From positions 384,001 through 448,000 of the forward strand of contig CAVWFS010000019.1 of the NCBI GenBank assembly GCA_963754315.1: a stretch of DNA of 64,000 nucleotides. Direction: 5' to 3'. Every line of letters begins with the position of its first letter. Position 1 is the first letter of the stretch. Positions 1 to 13,311 of this stretch are shown here, piece after piece. The stretch is from an uncultured Candidatus Rokubacteria bacterium. Its GTDB lineage: Bacteria; Methylomirabilota; Methylomirabilia; Rokubacteriales; CSP1-6. Under the pieces are notes generated by a model, which saw only the letters and a program-made list of their open reading frames with translations, was not told the DNA's origin and ran no database searches. A program made the translations under genes and the position numbers.

Positions 1-183
1 CATCCCGAGGAGCGTGCCCTGGACCTGGTCGAAGAACTGGGCGAGGGCAGGACCGTCGATGCCGGGGGTGGGCACATGGGCACCGATGCGATAGGCGATG
101 AGCAGGCCCAAGGTAATCAGGACCCGGCGCTTCAGCTCCGGGATCTTGAAGACGTTCTGAAAACCCTGCAGGCTCTCGATCAC
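1..183 (-). CDS. secY: Preprotein translocase SecY, 5' part only (runs off window)
   Basis: GTG at 183 overlaps rplO stop; reads IESLQGFQNVFKIPELKRRVLITLGLLIAYRIGAHVPTPGID, the SecY N-terminus; canonical position after rplO. Confidence 0.95.
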   Translation of the reverse strand, partial: MIESLQGFQNVFKIPELKRRVLITLGLLIAYRIGAHVPTPGIDGPALAQFFDQVQGTLLGM

Positions 184-647
184 GAGGCGGCCGTCCTGGG
201 CGCCAGGACTTCGACGCGCCCCCCCTTGGCTTCGATCTTGACCCGGGCCGCCTCGCTTACCGCGTGCGCCCGGACGGTGAACGCATGTGCCACGTCGCCC
301 TCACCGAGGATCTTCACATTCCCCCGCCGGGCGCGGCGGACGAGCCGCGCCTGCACCAGGCTTTCGGGATCGACCACGCTGCCCGCCGCGAACGCCTTGA
401 GGTCACTGAGATTGACGATCGCAAACACACGCTTGCCGCCGTGCGGCACGAAACCTCGCTTGGGCAGTCGTCGATAGAGAGGCATCTGCCCTCCCTCGAA
501 GCCGGCTTTCGTGCCACCTCCCGAGCGGGCCTGCTGCCCCTTGTTCCCCTTGGTCGCCGTCTTGCCGCGGCCCGAGCCCGGGCCGCGCCCGACGATCTTG
601 CGGCGATGCTTGGCGCCGGGGGCCGGGCGAAGATCTTCAAGCCTCAC
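180..647 (-). CDS. rplO: 50S ribosomal protein L15
   Basis: GRGPGSGRGKT...GFEGGQMPLYRRLPKRGF motif. Confidence 0.98.
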   Translation of the reverse strand: MRLEDLRPAPGAKHRRKIVGRGPGSGRGKTATKGNKGQQARSGGGTKAGFEGGQMPLYRRLPKRGFVPHGGKRVFAIVNLSDLKAFAAGSVVDPESLVQARLVRRARRGNVKILGEGDVAHAFTVRAHAVSEAARVKIEAKGGRVEVLAPRTAAS

Positions 648-822
648 GGGTCACCTCGAGCACATGCGACACCTTTGCGATCATCCCGCGCACGGTGGCC
701 GTATCGTCGTGCTGCACCGAGTGGTTCAGCCGACGAAGGCCGAGGGCCTTGACCGTGGCATCCTGTTTCGGGCTGAGCCCGATCATGCTCTTCTTGAGGG
801 TCACCTTAAGCGTCTTTGACAC
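637..822 (-). CDS. rpmD: 50S ribosomal protein L30
   Basis: [11 protein letters not shown]...[14 protein letters not shown]...RGMIAKVSH; start moved to GTG at 822. Confidence 0.95.
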   Translation of the reverse strand: MSKTLKVTLKKSMIGLSPKQDATVKALGLRRLNHSVQHDDTATVRGMIAKVSHVLEVTREA

Positions 823-1339
823 CGGCCGCCTCCTGCACCATGTCACCATCACTCGTCCGGCGGCGGATCGTCTGCAGATCTTGCAATCGCTTGATCCGAC
901 GGAGGGCGTCGAGGGTCGCCTTCAGCACATTGTGCGGGTTGTTGGAACCGAGGGTCTTGGTGAGAATGTCCTGCACCCCGGCCGCTTCCAGCACGGGACG
1001 CACCGCTCCTCCCGCGATGACCCCGGTCCCCGGCACGGCTGGTTTGAGGAACACCCGGCCCGCTCCGAAGTGGCCCGTGATCTCGCAAGGAATGGTGGTC
1101 TCCCGGAGGGGCACGTAGATCAGATCCTTCTTGGCGTGCTCGACGGCCTTGCGAATGGCCTCGGGCACCTCGTGAGCCTTACCGAGCCCGACACCCACGT
1201 GGCCCTTGCCGTCTCCCACGACAACCAGCGCGGTGAAGGAAAAGCGTCGGCCTCCCTTCACCACCTTGGCCACCCGGTTGATGGTGACCACGCGGTCGTT
1301 CAACTCCAGCACGCTTGGATCGATCCTCGCTTCCGCCAC
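806..1339 (-). CDS. rpsE: 30S ribosomal protein S5
   Basis: [24 protein letters not shown] motif. Confidence 0.98.
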   Translation of the reverse strand: MAEARIDPSVLELNDRVVTINRVAKVVKGGRRFSFTALVVVGDGKGHVGVGLGKAHEVPEAIRKAVEHAKKDLIYVPLRETTIPCEITGHFGAGRVFLKPAVPGTGVIAGGAVRPVLEAAGVQDILTKTLGSNNPHNVLKATLDALRRIKRLQDLQTIRRRTSDGDMVQEAAGVKDA

Positions 1340-1357
1340 TCAGTGTCTCCTATTTAG

Positions 1358-1712
1358 ATGGGGGGTCCAACTTCACCCCCCATTCCCCCCCGTTCGGAGC
1401 GCCCCGGGGTACCCGGGGCGCTCCTCTGGCTGACGTCTCCTCCGCGCTTCCGGCCACTTCAGCACTCGGCGGGGGCTCCCGGCCACCTCTGCACTCCGCC
1501 CACGGGGTCCAACTCCCCCCCGGTTCGGCGCGCTCCGGACCTCCCGGGGCGCTCCTCTGGCTCACCTCTCTTCACTCCGCCACTTCAGAGGCGGGGTCCA
1601 ACTTCACCCCCACTCCCCCCCGGTTCGGCGCGCTCCGGGCCTCCCGGGGCGCTCCTCTGTCTGACCTCTCTTGCACTCCGCGACTTCAGAGGCGGGGTCC
1701 AACTTCCCCCTA
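1358..1712. repeat. Imperfect tandem cluster of GC-rich palindromic repeats (REP/BIME-like) between rplR and rpsE
   Basis: GGGGTCCAACT recurs at about 1362, 1504, 1593, 1694; perfect 13-bp stem GGAGCGCCCCGGG-GTA-CCCGGGGCGCTCC at 1396-1424; recurring linker ACTCCGC(C/G)ACTTCAG. Confidence 0.85.
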
Positions 1713-1742
1713 CTCCCCGCAGCGAGCGCGGTTTCGCCTCGT

Positions 1743-2108
1743 TCAGAACACTAGGCCATTGGCGCGGGCGGCGTCGGCAAGCGCTTTCACGCGACCGTGA
1801 TATTTGTAGCCCCCGCGATCAAATACCACGCGCCCGATGCCCTGCGCTTTGGCCTTGTCGGCAAGCAGCTCGCCCACGACCTTGGCCGCGGCCACGTTTC
1901 CCCCGACCGCCTGCCGGGCTCGAAAGGCAGCCCCTCGGCTGTCGACCGCCACCAGAGTCCGCCCCGCTTCGTCGTCGATCAGCTGGGCATACATGTGATT
2001 GAGGCTACGGAACACAGCCAGCCGTGGGCGCTCGGCGGAGCCACGCACGAAGCGCCGTAACCGGTGATGCCGGATATCGCGCGCCTCTCGACGATCCTGG
2101 GTGATCAT
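1743..2108 (-). CDS. rplR: 50S ribosomal protein L18
   Basis: RPRLAVFRSLNHMYAQLIDD...VVFDRGGYKYHGRVKALADAAR. Confidence 0.98.
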   Translation of the reverse strand: MITQDRREARDIRHHRLRRFVRGSAERPRLAVFRSLNHMYAQLIDDEAGRTLVAVDSRGAAFRARQAVGGNVAAAKVVGELLADKAKAQGIGRVVFDRGGYKYHGRVKALADAARANGLVF

Positions 2109-2647
2109 TTCGCCCCCGCCTTCTTGCCGACCTTTCGGCGAATGAACTCATCGGAATAGCGGATCCCCTTACCCTTGTAGGGATCCGGTTTGCGAAGGCT
2201 GCGCAGTCGCGCCGCCGTCTGTCCGAGAAGGGCCTTGTCGGCCGCCCGGAGCGTGATCGCAGTCTGACGATCGATCTCGGCTGTGACCCCGTCGGGCAAT
2301 GGGAAAATCACCGGATGGGAATAGCCGAGAGCCAGCTGGATATTCTTGCCCTGTATCTGAGCGCGGTACCCGATACCCACGATATCCAGCTTGCGCTCAA
2401 AGCCGGCCGAGACACCGGTCACCATGTTGGCGACCAGGGACCGGGCGAGGCCGTGCAGGGCGCGGACGGTGCGCGCGTCACTCTCGCGCGTGACAAGCAG
2501 CTGATCGCGCTCCAGGCGCGCCGAAATGCCAGAAGGCACCGCCTGTGCCAGCCGTCCCTTCGGACCTTCCGCCCGCACGACGTTACCCTCGATATGGACC
2601 TTGACCCCGGTCGGAATGCCGATGGGCTTTCTGCCGATTCGTGACAT
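2105..2647 (-). CDS. rplF: 50S ribosomal protein L6
   Basis: MSRIGRKPI...PDPYKGKGIRY; start at ATG 2647. Confidence 0.98.
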   Translation of the reverse strand: MSRIGRKPIGIPTGVKVHIEGNVVRAEGPKGRLAQAVPSGISARLERDQLLVTRESDARTVRALHGLARSLVANMVTGVSAGFERKLDIVGIGYRAQIQGKNIQLALGYSHPVIFPLPDGVTAEIDRQTAITLRAADKALLGQTAARLRSLRKPDPYKGKGIRYSDEFIRRKVGKKAGAK

Positions 2648-2655
2648 AAGCCGCC

Positions 2656-3051
2656 CTACCACACGTAGGCGAGGACTTCCCCGCCGATCTTGTCCCGACG
2701 TGCGGTTCGTCCGGTGAGGACACCCCGCGACGTGGACAGCACGGCCACCCCCATGCCTCCCAGTACGGTCGGGATCTGGTCATGCGAAACATACACGCGC
2801 CGGCCGGGGGTGGACACACGTACCAGTCCCGAAATCATCTTCTCGTTGGCGGCACCGTATTTGAGATACACGCGGAGGACGCCTTGCTTGCGATCCTCCA
2901 GCAGGCGAAAGTTTCTGATGAACCCCTCCTCTTTGAGGAGCTCGGCCACCCGAACCTTGAGCTTGGACGCCGGGATGTCGACCTTTTCGTGCTCCGCCCG
3001 GCTGGCGTTCCGGATGCGGGTCAGCATGTCGGCCATGGGATCGCTGTACAC
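2656..3051 (-). CDS. rpsH: 30S ribosomal protein S8
   Basis: [13 protein letters not shown]...STSRGV...GGEVLAYVW. Confidence 0.98.
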   Translation of the reverse strand: MYSDPMADMLTRIRNASRAEHEKVDIPASKLKVRVAELLKEEGFIRNFRLLEDRKQGVLRVYLKYGAANEKMISGLVRVSTPGRRVYVSHDQIPTVLGGMGVAVLSTSRGVLTGRTARRDKIGGEVLAYVW

Positions 3052-3053
3052 GG

Positions 3054-3239
3054 TTACCAGCTCGCCTTCACGATGCCAGGCACCTCACCCTTGAGGGCCA
3101 GCTCACGGAAGCACAGACGGCACAGCTCGAACTTCCGGAGGTAGCCGCGAGGGCGCCCGCACAGCTTGCAGCGGTGATGGGCACGTGTGCGGAAGAGGGG
3201 AGGACGTTGCGATCTGACAATGAGTGACGTCTTGGCCAT
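3054..3239 (-). CDS. rpsN: 30S ribosomal protein S14, short zinc-binding type
   Basis: 61 aa, CKLC...CRLC, ends GIVKASW. Confidence 0.97.
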   Translation of the reverse strand: MAKTSLIVRSQRPPLFRTRAHHRCKLCGRPRGYLRKFELCRLCFRELALKGEVPGIVKASW

Positions 3240-3245
3240 GCGCGG

Positions 3246-3917
3246 TTACTCCCTGAAGGGCATACCCAGATGGGTGAGAAGGGCCTTGGCCTCCTCATCG
3301 GTCCGGGCCGTGGTGACGATGTTGATGTCCATGCCCCGGACTTTGTCGATCTTGTCGTAAAGGATCTCGGGGAAGATAAGCTGCTCGCGGAGCCCCAGCG
3401 CGTAGTTGCCGCGGCCATCGAATCCTCGAGCCGGCACCCCGCGGAAGTCCCGCACGCGGGGGAGCGCCGCATTGATGAGACGGTCGAGGAACTCGAACAT
3501 GCGCGCACCCCGCAACGTAACTTTGGCCCCGATGGGCACTCCCTCGCGGAGCTTGAAATTCGCGATCGACTTCTTGGCCCGCGTGATCACGGGCTTCTGG
3601 CCGGCAATAGCCTGCAGATCCGAGGTGGCGAAGTCGAGCACCTTGGCATTCTCTCGCCCCTCGCCCACCCCCATGCTCACCACGATCTTGTGCAAGCGCG
3701 GCACCTGCCACGGATTGCCGTAGCCCCGCTCCTTCATGAGAGTCGGCAGCACGCTCTGCTGGAAGCGGACCTTGAGGCGGGCGGGAACCTGCCCCGTCCC
3801 CTTCGGACGCGGCTGCTCGGCCGGCGCTGCCGCGGGAGCGGCGCCCTTCCGGGGCTGCCCCTTGGGCGGAGGCGCCTTCGGCTTCTGGGTCCGGGCCGTA
3901 GACTCGGCTTTGGCCAT
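3246..3917 (-). CDS. rplE: 50S ribosomal protein L5 with N-terminal Pro/Lys/Ala-rich extension
   Basis: [21 protein letters not shown]...[10 protein letters not shown]. Confidence 0.97.
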   Translation of the reverse strand: MAKAESTARTQKPKAPPPKGQPRKGAAPAAAPAEQPRPKGTGQVPARLKVRFQQSVLPTLMKERGYGNPWQVPRLHKIVVSMGVGEGRENAKVLDFATSDLQAIAGQKPVITRAKKSIANFKLREGVPIGAKVTLRGARMFEFLDRLINAALPRVRDFRGVPARGFDGRGNYALGLREQLIFPEILYDKIDKVRGMDINIVTTARTDEEAKALLTHLGMPFRE

Positions 3918-3922
3918 CGTCG

Positions 3923-4249
3923 CTAACCCCTATCCACCGACTCACCGCAGCGCTTGCAGACACGCGCCTTCCGGCCGTCGTTCAGAATCCTGACGCCGAC
4001 CCGTACCGGGCGGTCGCAACGACCGCACACGAGCAGCACGTTGGAGAGCGCGAATGATCCCTCGCGCTCGATGATGCCGCCTTGCCGAAGTTTCTGGGTC
4101 GGTCGCTGATGTCGCTTGATCATGTTGAGATGCTCGACCACTACCCGGCGAGAGTCACGCAGTACTTGGAGCACCTTGCCGCGCTTCCCGCGCTCCTTGC
4201 CGGCGATGACCCCCACCGTATCCCCACGCCGAACGTGCGCGCCCGCCAT
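3923..4249 (-). CDS. rplX: 50S ribosomal protein L24
   Basis: KOW motif [18 protein letters not shown]. Confidence 0.97.
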   Translation of the reverse strand: MAGAHVRRGDTVGVIAGKERGKRGKVLQVLRDSRRVVVEHLNMIKRHQRPTQKLRQGGIIEREGSFALSNVLLVCGRCDRPVRVGVRILNDGRKARVCKRCGESVDRG

Positions 4250-4617
4250 CAGATGACCTCGGGAGCTAGGGAGATGATCTTGGTAAACTGCCGCTCGCGC
4301 AACTCCCGCGCGACCGGACCGAAAATACGGGTTCCCACCGGGTTCTCGTCCGGCCGGATCAGCACCACCGCATTGCGGTCGAAGCGGATGTAGGATCCAT
4401 CCCGCCGGCGCACCTCCTTGACCGTCCTCACCACGACCGCCCGCGCCACTTCCCCCTTTTTCACGGTGCCGTCAGGGGTGGCCTCCTTCACGGCGACGAT
4501 CACGGTATCACCCAGCGAGGCATAGCGACGGTTGGCGCCTCCCATGACCCGGATGCACTGGACCTTCTTGGCGCCGGAGTTGTCCGCGACATCGAGCATC
4601 GACCGTGGCTGAATCAT
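4249..4617 (-). CDS. rplN: 50S ribosomal protein L14
   Basis: VADNSGAK...[13 protein letters not shown]...SLAPEVI. Confidence 0.98.
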   Translation of the reverse strand: MIQPRSMLDVADNSGAKKVQCIRVMGGANRRYASLGDTVIVAVKEATPDGTVKKGEVARAVVVRTVKEVRRRDGSYIRFDRNAVVLIRPDENPVGTRIFGPVARELRERQFTKIISLAPEVI

Positions 4618-4620
4618 GGT

Positions 4621-4869
4621 TCAGGACGCCCGACCCAGGACCGCACGGATCCGCCAGCGCTTTTCCCGAGACAGAGGACGCGTCTCCTCGATGAGCACGC
4701 GATCTCCTACCTTGCTCTCGTTCTTCTCGTCGTGCGCCTTGAGCTTCTTCGACACCCTCACCACGCGCTGGTAGCGCGGATGCCGGAACACGCGCTCGAT
4801 CTTCACCACGCGGGTCTTCTGCATGGCGTCACTGACGACCACTCCCTCGCGACTCTTCCGCTCCCCCAC
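4621..4869 (-). CDS. rpsQ: 30S ribosomal protein S17
   Basis: [11 protein letters not shown]...[18 protein letters not shown]. Confidence 0.97.
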   Translation of the reverse strand: MGERKSREGVVVSDAMQKTRVVKIERVFRHPRYQRVVRVSKKLKAHDEKNESKVGDRVLIEETRPLSREKRWRIRAVLGRAS

Positions 4870-4886
4870 CGCTGTCTCCTAGTTAT

Positions 4887-5082
4887 CGTCGGGGGGAGCG
4901 AGCGCCGCTCCTCCCCGACACCCCCCACTGCCTTCGACTCCGCCACTAACCTCGGCGAGCGCCGCTCCTCCCCGACACCCCCCACCGCTCTCGAACTGCC
5001 GCGACTTCAGGTGGGGGGTCCAACTTCACCCCCCAATCCCCCCCGGTTCGGAGCGCCCCGGGGTACCCGTGGCGCTCCTCTG
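4887..5082. repeat. Mosaic palindromic repeat cluster between rpmC and rpsQ
   Basis: Two copies of GCGAGCGCCGCTCCTCCCCGACACCCCCCAC (about 4898 and 4955) plus the GGGGGGTCCAACTTCACCCCCC and GGAGCGCCCCGGGGTACCCGTGGCGCTCC modules also seen at 1358-1424. Confidence 0.85.
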
Positions 5083-5100
5083 TCTCACGTCGAAGGGACG

Positions 5101-5304
5101 TCATGTGCTTGGCTTCGCGACGGCACGCTCGCGTTGGAGGGTCTTACCCCGCGCGAGATCCCGACGGACCTGCTGCACCCGCGCAGGATTCTTCGCGAGC
5201 CCCATCGCCAGCTGGAAGCGGAGGTTGAACAGTTCCTCCGTGAGGCCCCGCACCTGCTGCTGCATCTCCTCGTCGGACAGGTCCCGCCACTTAGTCGGTT
5301 TCAT
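5101..5304 (-). CDS. rpmC: 50S ribosomal protein L29
   Basis: [13 protein letters not shown]...[14 protein letters not shown]. Confidence 0.96.
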   Translation of the reverse strand: MKPTKWRDLSDEEMQQQVRGLTEELFNLRFQLAMGLAKNPARVQQVRRDLARGKTLQRERAVAKPST

Positions 5305-5322
5305 GGGATCGCTCCTCGAGGC

Positions 5323-5739
5323 TCAGAGGGCCCGCGCCCGCGTCACGAACTTGGTGGCAACGCCAATCTTCTGGGCGGCCGTACGGAAGGCCTCGCGGGC
5401 GGCGTCCTCCGCCACCCCCTGCATCTCGTACATGATGCGACCCGGCTTCACCACGGCCACCCACTCCTCGGGATTCCCCTTGCCCTTTCCCATGCGTGTC
5501 TCGGCGGGTTTCTTGGTGACCGGCTTGTCGGGAAAGATCCGGATCCATACCTTGCCGCCACGCTTCAAGCTTCGCGTGAGAGCCACCCGCGCCGCTTCGA
5601 TCTGACGGTTGGTCACCCAGCCCGGCTCCAGAGCCTTCAACCCATAGTCGCCGAAGGCCAGAGTCGATCCCCGCTGGGCCTTGCCCTTCATGCGCCCGCG
5701 CTGGGTTTTCCGGTATTTGACGCGCTTGGGCATCAGCAT
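5323..5739 (-). CDS. rplP: 50S ribosomal protein L16
   Basis: [11 protein letters not shown]...ETRMGKGKG. Confidence 0.98.
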   Translation of the reverse strand: MLMPKRVKYRKTQRGRMKGKAQRGSTLAFGDYGLKALEPGWVTNRQIEAARVALTRSLKRGGKVWIRIFPDKPVTKKPAETRMGKGKGNPEEWVAVVKPGRIMYEMQGVAEDAAREAFRTAAQKIGVATKFVTRARAL

Positions 5740-5749
5740 GGGACCTGCC

Positions 5750-6394
5750 TCATCCCTCCTGGGTCACCGTGCTCAGCACTTCGCCCTTGAAGATCCAGAC
5801 CTTCACTCCGACGGTCCCCGCCGTCGTATGAGCGGTCGCCAAGCCGTAGTCGATATCGGCCCGGATGGTGTGCAATGGCACTCGTCCCTGCCGGTACCAT
5901 TCCTTGCGCGCGATCTCCGAGCCACCCAGCCGCCCGGCGCACGCGATGCGAATGCCATCGGCGCCGAGGCGAAGGGCGGAGGTCACGGCCTTCTTCATCG
6001 CCCGACGGAACGCCACCCGCTTTTGCAGCTGCAAGGCAACGTTCTCGGCCACGAGCTGAGCGTCCAGCTCGGGGTGCACGATCTCCTCGATGTTGAGGTA
6101 GATCTCCTTCCCTGTCCGTAGCTGGAGCTCGTTCTTCAGCTTCTCGACCTCGGAGCCCTTGCGCCCGATGATGATGCCGGGCCGCGCGGTGGCAATGGTG
6201 ATGCGCGCCCGGTTGACAGAGCGCTCGATATCGATGCGGGCGATGCCCGCGTGATAGAGCTGGTCCTTGATGAAGCGTCGGATCTTCACGTCTTCGTGAA
6301 GGAGCGAGGCGTAGGTCTTGGTGGCGAACCATCGCGAGCTCCACGTCCGTGTGGACCCTAAGCGGAACCCGATCGGATGTGTCTTCTGTCCCAT
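5750..6394 (-). CDS. rpsC: 30S ribosomal protein S3
   Basis: [13 protein letters not shown]...[14 protein letters not shown]. Confidence 0.98.
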   Translation of the reverse strand: MGQKTHPIGFRLGSTRTWSSRWFATKTYASLLHEDVKIRRFIKDQLYHAGIARIDIERSVNRARITIATARPGIIIGRKGSEVEKLKNELQLRTGKEIYLNIEEIVHPELDAQLVAENVALQLQKRVAFRRAMKKAVTSALRLGADGIRIACAGRLGGSEIARKEWYRQGRVPLHTIRADIDYGLATAHTTAGTVGVKVWIFKGEVLSTVTQEG

Positions 6395-6397
6395 CGC

Positions 6398-6829
6398 CTA
6401 GTCCTTTTCCGGGGCGGCGGGAGTGGCTGTCGCAACCCCCCTCGCCCGTCCGTCGGGCCGCCGTGGCCGCCGGGCTGGGCGCACCCTGGCCCCGACCTCG
6501 TCGCTCACGGCGATGGTGAGATGGCTCGTCTGGTGGCGGATGAAGAACGCTCGCCCCATCGCGCGTGGAGAGACGCGTTTCATGGAGGGACCGCCATCGG
6601 CAATGGCGCCCACCACATGGAGATCGTCGAGGTTGCGCACTTGGTGATTGTTTTCCGCGTTGGCCACCGCCGACCGCAGAACCTTCTCCACGAGCCGGGC
6701 CGCCGCCCGCGGCGTGAAGCGCAGGGTCGCGAGCGCCTCGCTCACCGGCTTGCCGCGGATCTGATCGAGCACGAGCCTCGCCTTGCGCGCGGAGACACGC
6801 ACGTACCGGGCCCGCGCCATCGTTCGCAT
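6398..6829 (-). CDS. rplV: 50S ribosomal protein L22 with basic C-terminal extension
   Basis: ARYVRVSARKARLVLDQIRGK...PRAMGRA...TSHLTIAV; start at ATG 6829. Confidence 0.96.
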   Translation of the reverse strand: MRTMARARYVRVSARKARLVLDQIRGKPVSEALATLRFTPRAAARLVEKVLRSAVANAENNHQVRNLDDLHVVGAIADGGPSMKRVSPRAMGRAFFIRHQTSHLTIAVSDEVGARVRPARRPRRPDGRARGVATATPAAPEKD

Positions 6830-6833
6830 GGCC

Positions 6834-7127
6834 CTACTTCTTCCCCGTGGGAGAGGTGGATGCCTTCTCCGATGTTCCGTGGGCCCGGAACGCTCGCGTG
6901 AGGGCAAATTCCCCCAACCGGTGGCCCACCATGTTCTCGGTGACGTACACGGGAATGAACTTCTTCCCGTTGTGCACGGCCAAGGTATGCCCCACGAACT
7001 CCGGAGGAATCGTGGACCGGCGCGCCCATGTCTTGAGCACTCGCTTCTGGCGGCTTGTGTTCAACTCGTCCACGCGCGCCAGCAATTTCACGTCGATGTA
7101 CGGACCCTTTTTCAGAGAGCGTCCCAT
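6834..7127 (-). CDS. rpsS: 30S ribosomal protein S19
   Basis: MGRSLKKGP...[13 protein letters not shown]. Confidence 0.98.
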   Translation of the reverse strand: MGRSLKKGPYIDVKLLARVDELNTSRQKRVLKTWARRSTIPPEFVGHTLAVHNGKKFIPVYVTENMVGHRLGEFALTRAFRAHGTSEKASTSPTGKK

Positions 7128-7135
7128 GGCAGCTC

Positions 7136-7960
7136 CTACTTAGACCGCCGGGTCACGATGTTTCGGTCGGACGGTCGGGCCCCGCGTCGGGTCTTGTAGC
7201 CCTTGGTGGGCTTCCCCCACGGCGTCTTGGGGTGATTTCCCTTGCCCTTACCCTCGCCGCCACCCATCGGATGGTCCACCGGATTCATCACCGTCCCGCG
7301 CACGGTGGGCCGGAAGCCCTGCCAGCGTACGCGGCCTGCTTTGCCGACAGAGACGTTTTCGTGATCGAGATTTCCCACCTGCCCCACGGTGGCCATGCAC
7401 GCCACCGACACCAGCCGCACCTCGCCCGACGGGAGCTTGAGGGTAGCCCGCTCACCCTCCTTGGCCAGAAGCTGCGCCTGAGCCCCTGCGCTCCGGCACA
7501 TCTGCGCCCCCCGCCCCGGCTGCAGTTCGACGTTGTGCACCATCGTTCCCATGGGAATGTTCTTGAGAGGCAGCGCATTGCCGGGGAGGATGTCCGCCTG
7601 CGGCCCCGACATGACGGTGTCCCCCACCTTCAGCCCGAGGGGGGCTACGATGTAGCGCTTCTCGCCGTCGCGATAGAAGAGAAGTGCCAGACGCGCCGAA
7701 CGGTTCGGATCGTACTCGATGGCGGCCACCCGAGCCGGGATGCCGTACTTTTCGCGGCGGAAGTCTACCTGGCGCAGCATGCGCTTGGCCCCACCCCCGC
7801 GGTGCCGCACGGTGATGCGCCCCGCCGAGTTGCGACCATTGGTGCGCCGCTTGGGCGAGAGCAAGGCCTTCTCTGGCGTCGTCTTGGTGATCTCGTCGTA
7901 GGTGACGTAGGTGAGATAGCGCCGCGCGGGCGATGTCGGTTTGACCGTTCGGATGGCCAT
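7136..7960 (-). CDS. rplB: 50S ribosomal protein L2
   Basis: IEYDPNRSA...[13 protein letters not shown]. Confidence 0.98.
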   Translation of the reverse strand: MAIRTVKPTSPARRYLTYVTYDEITKTTPEKALLSPKRRTNGRNSAGRITVRHRGGGAKRMLRQVDFRREKYGIPARVAAIEYDPNRSARLALLFYRDGEKRYIVAPLGLKVGDTVMSGPQADILPGNALPLKNIPMGTMVHNVELQPGRGAQMCRSAGAQAQLLAKEGERATLKLPSGEVRLVSVACMATVGQVGNLDHENVSVGKAGRVRWQGFRPTVRGTVMNPVDHPMGGGEGKGKGNHPKTPWGKPTKGYKTRRGARPSDRNIVTRRSK

Positions 7961-7963
7961 GGC

Positions 7964-8257
7964 TCAGGCCCCCTCCACGAGATCGATCTTGTGCCCGGGG
8001 GCGAGCTTGACCAAGGCCTTCTTCCAGTCACGCCGGCGACCCTGGAAGCGGCCCATCCGCTTCAGCTTGCCCTCGAAGGAGGCGGTGCGGACGGAGGCGA
8101 CCTTCACGCTGAACACCGTTTCGACGGCCGTCCGGATCTCCACCTTGTTGGCGTCGGGTCGGACCTGAAAGGCGACGACGTTCTGCTCTTCCTTGAGGCG
8201 CATGTGTTTCTCGGTCATGAGAGGCCGCAGCACGATCTGGCGGACGTCTCGACTCAT
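7964..8257 (-). CDS. rplW: 50S ribosomal protein L23
   Basis: RPLMTEK...ANKVEIRTAVETVF...WKKALVKL; ATG 8257 overlaps rplD stop. Confidence 0.96.
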   Translation of the reverse strand: MSRDVRQIVLRPLMTEKHMRLKEEQNVVAFQVRPDANKVEIRTAVETVFSVKVASVRTASFEGKLKRMGRFQGRRRDWKKALVKLAPGHKIDLVEGA

Positions 8258-8883
8258 GGAGTCAGCGCCTCCTCGAGCGCTAGGAGCGCCGCGCGCTCGA
8301 TGACGATCCGCCGTGCGCGAAGCAGCTGATAGACCGAGACATGCGACGGAGGCTCCACGGTGAGCCACGGCACGTTCCGAGCAGCCCGCCGCACTGGTTC
8401 CTCGAGCGAGGCCACCACGAGCAGGGTCGACTGACCGGCCACGCCAAGAGCAGCCAGGCGTGTCACGAGAGCCTTGGTCTTGCCGTCGATGCCCTCCAGT
8501 GTCTCCACAGCAATCAGCTCACCGGCACCGATCTTGGCCGCCACCGCCGCGCGCAGCGCCTCGCGTCGCATGGCGCGGGGCAACGCCTTGGCATAGCTGC
8601 GCGGGGTGGGCCCGAACGGCTTTCCCCCGCCCTTCCACTGGGTGGCCCGGATCGAGCCCTGACGAGCCCTGCCTGTCCCCTTCTGTCGCCACGGCTTCTT
8701 GCCACCGCCGGAAACCTCGCTTCGCCCTTTGGTGTCGTGGGTGCCGGCGCGGCGGTCGGCCAGCTCGCGCTCCACAGACTGGTGAAGGAGGGGGACGCGA
8801 ATCTCGACCCCGAACACCTCGGGCCGGAGCTCTACCGTACCCGCGGGCGCCCCTTCTCTGCTCATCACGTTGACGGTCGGCAT
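8254..8883 (-). CDS. rplD: 50S ribosomal protein L4
   Basis: [18 protein letters not shown]. Confidence 0.98.
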   Translation of the reverse strand: MPTVNVMSREGAPAGTVELRPEVFGVEIRVPLLHQSVERELADRRAGTHDTKGRSEVSGGGKKPWRQKGTGRARQGSIRATQWKGGGKPFGPTPRSYAKALPRAMRREALRAAVAAKIGAGELIAVETLEGIDGKTKALVTRLAALGVAGQSTLLVVASLEEPVRRAARNVPWLTVEPPSHVSVYQLLRARRIVIERAALLALEEALTP

Positions 8884-8887
8884 ATGC

Positions 8888-9562
8888 TTACTTTTTCTCC
8901 GCAGCCTTTTGCTGCGCCTTGCTCAGCTTGACGCTCTTGCGCACAAGGACCATCGATCCGTTGGCTCCGGGGACGGCCCCGCGCACGAGCAGCAGATTCT
9001 GCTCAGGCATCACGCGAGCCACACTCACGTTCAAGACCGTGCGCCGGTCGCCCCCCATCCGACCGGGCAGATGATGTCCCGGCCAGACACGCGACGGATC
9101 GGAGGAGGCGCCGATGGATCCGGGAGCACGGTGGAACATGGAGCCGTGGGAGGCCTCACCGCCTGACCAGCCGTGACGCTTGACGCCGCCCTGGAAGCCG
9201 CGGCCCTTGGTCACGCCGACCACATCGACCAGCTCGCCCGGGGTGAACACATCGACCGTGATGACCTGGCCCACGCTGTACCCCTGGACCTTTTCCGTCT
9301 TCTCCAGACGCACCTCGCGGAGGACCCGCAACGGGGACACATTCGCTTTCTTGAAGAAGCCCGCCTCCGGCTTCGACACGTTCTTCCGTTTGGCGCCGAA
9401 GCCCAGCTGGAGCGCGTCGTAGCCGTGACTGTCCTTGGTGCGGATGCCGACCACCGTGCATGGCCCGGCCTCGATCACGGTCACCGGCACGTGGTTGCCG
9501 TCGTCCCCGAAGATCTGGGTCATCCCGACCTTCCGACCAATGAGCCCTTCCTTCTTGGCCAT
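8888..9562 (-). CDS. rplC: 50S ribosomal protein L3
   Basis: GRKVGMTQIF...KGRGFQGGVKRH...HRAPGSIG. Confidence 0.98.
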   Translation of the reverse strand: MAKKEGLIGRKVGMTQIFGDDGNHVPVTVIEAGPCTVVGIRTKDSHGYDALQLGFGAKRKNVSKPEAGFFKKANVSPLRVLREVRLEKTEKVQGYSVGQVITVDVFTPGELVDVVGVTKGRGFQGGVKRHGWSGGEASHGSMFHRAPGSIGASSDPSRVWPGHHLPGRMGGDRRTVLNVSVARVMPEQNLLLVRGAVPGANGSMVLVRKSVKLSKAQQKAAEKK

Positions 9563-9573
9563 GATCTGCCGCC

Positions 9574-9894
9574 CTAGAGCTTGATCTCGACGTCGACGCC
9601 GGCCGGAAGATCCAGCTTCATGAGGGCGTCGACGGTCTGCGGCGTTGGATCGACGATGTCGAGCAGGCGTTTGTGGGTGCGCATCTCGAATTGCTCGCGG
9701 GACGTCTTGTCGACGTGAGGACTACGGAGCACTGTCCAGCGGTTGATCACGGTCGGCAGCAGCACGGGACCCGCCACCCGGGCGCCCGTCCGACGCACGG
9801 TCTCCACGATCTCCTTGACCGAACGATCGAGCAGATGATGGTCGTAGGCCTTGAGACGGATACGGATTTTCTGATCGGCGGTCACGGTGGCCAT
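9574..9894 (-). CDS. rpsJ: 30S ribosomal protein S10
   Basis: [11 protein letters not shown]...[14 protein letters not shown]. Confidence 0.98.
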   Translation of the reverse strand: MATVTADQKIRIRLKAYDHHLLDRSVKEIVETVRRTGARVAGPVLLPTVINRWTVLRSPHVDKTSREQFEMRTHKRLLDIVDPTPQTVDALMKLDLPAGVDVEIKL

Positions 9895-9897
9895 CGT

Positions 9898-11092
<1,195 letters not shown>

Positions 11093-11119
11093 GGCCTCTG
11101 CTCCTTCGATTCCTCGTGC

Positions 11120-13229
<2,110 letters not shown>

Positions 13230-13311
13230 GTCTGTCCTCTTCTTTCCTGCTCATCAAGCGCTGCGTCCGAAACCCGCGAGGGCGGTGTCCGGAACGAGCG
13301 CCTCGGGCTTG

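Noticed and set aside
1315..2002. ORFs across the rplR-rpsE spacer (1350-1565 minus; 1315-1800 and 1358-2002 plus)
   Set aside because: Low-complexity translations of palindromic repeats with no coding signal
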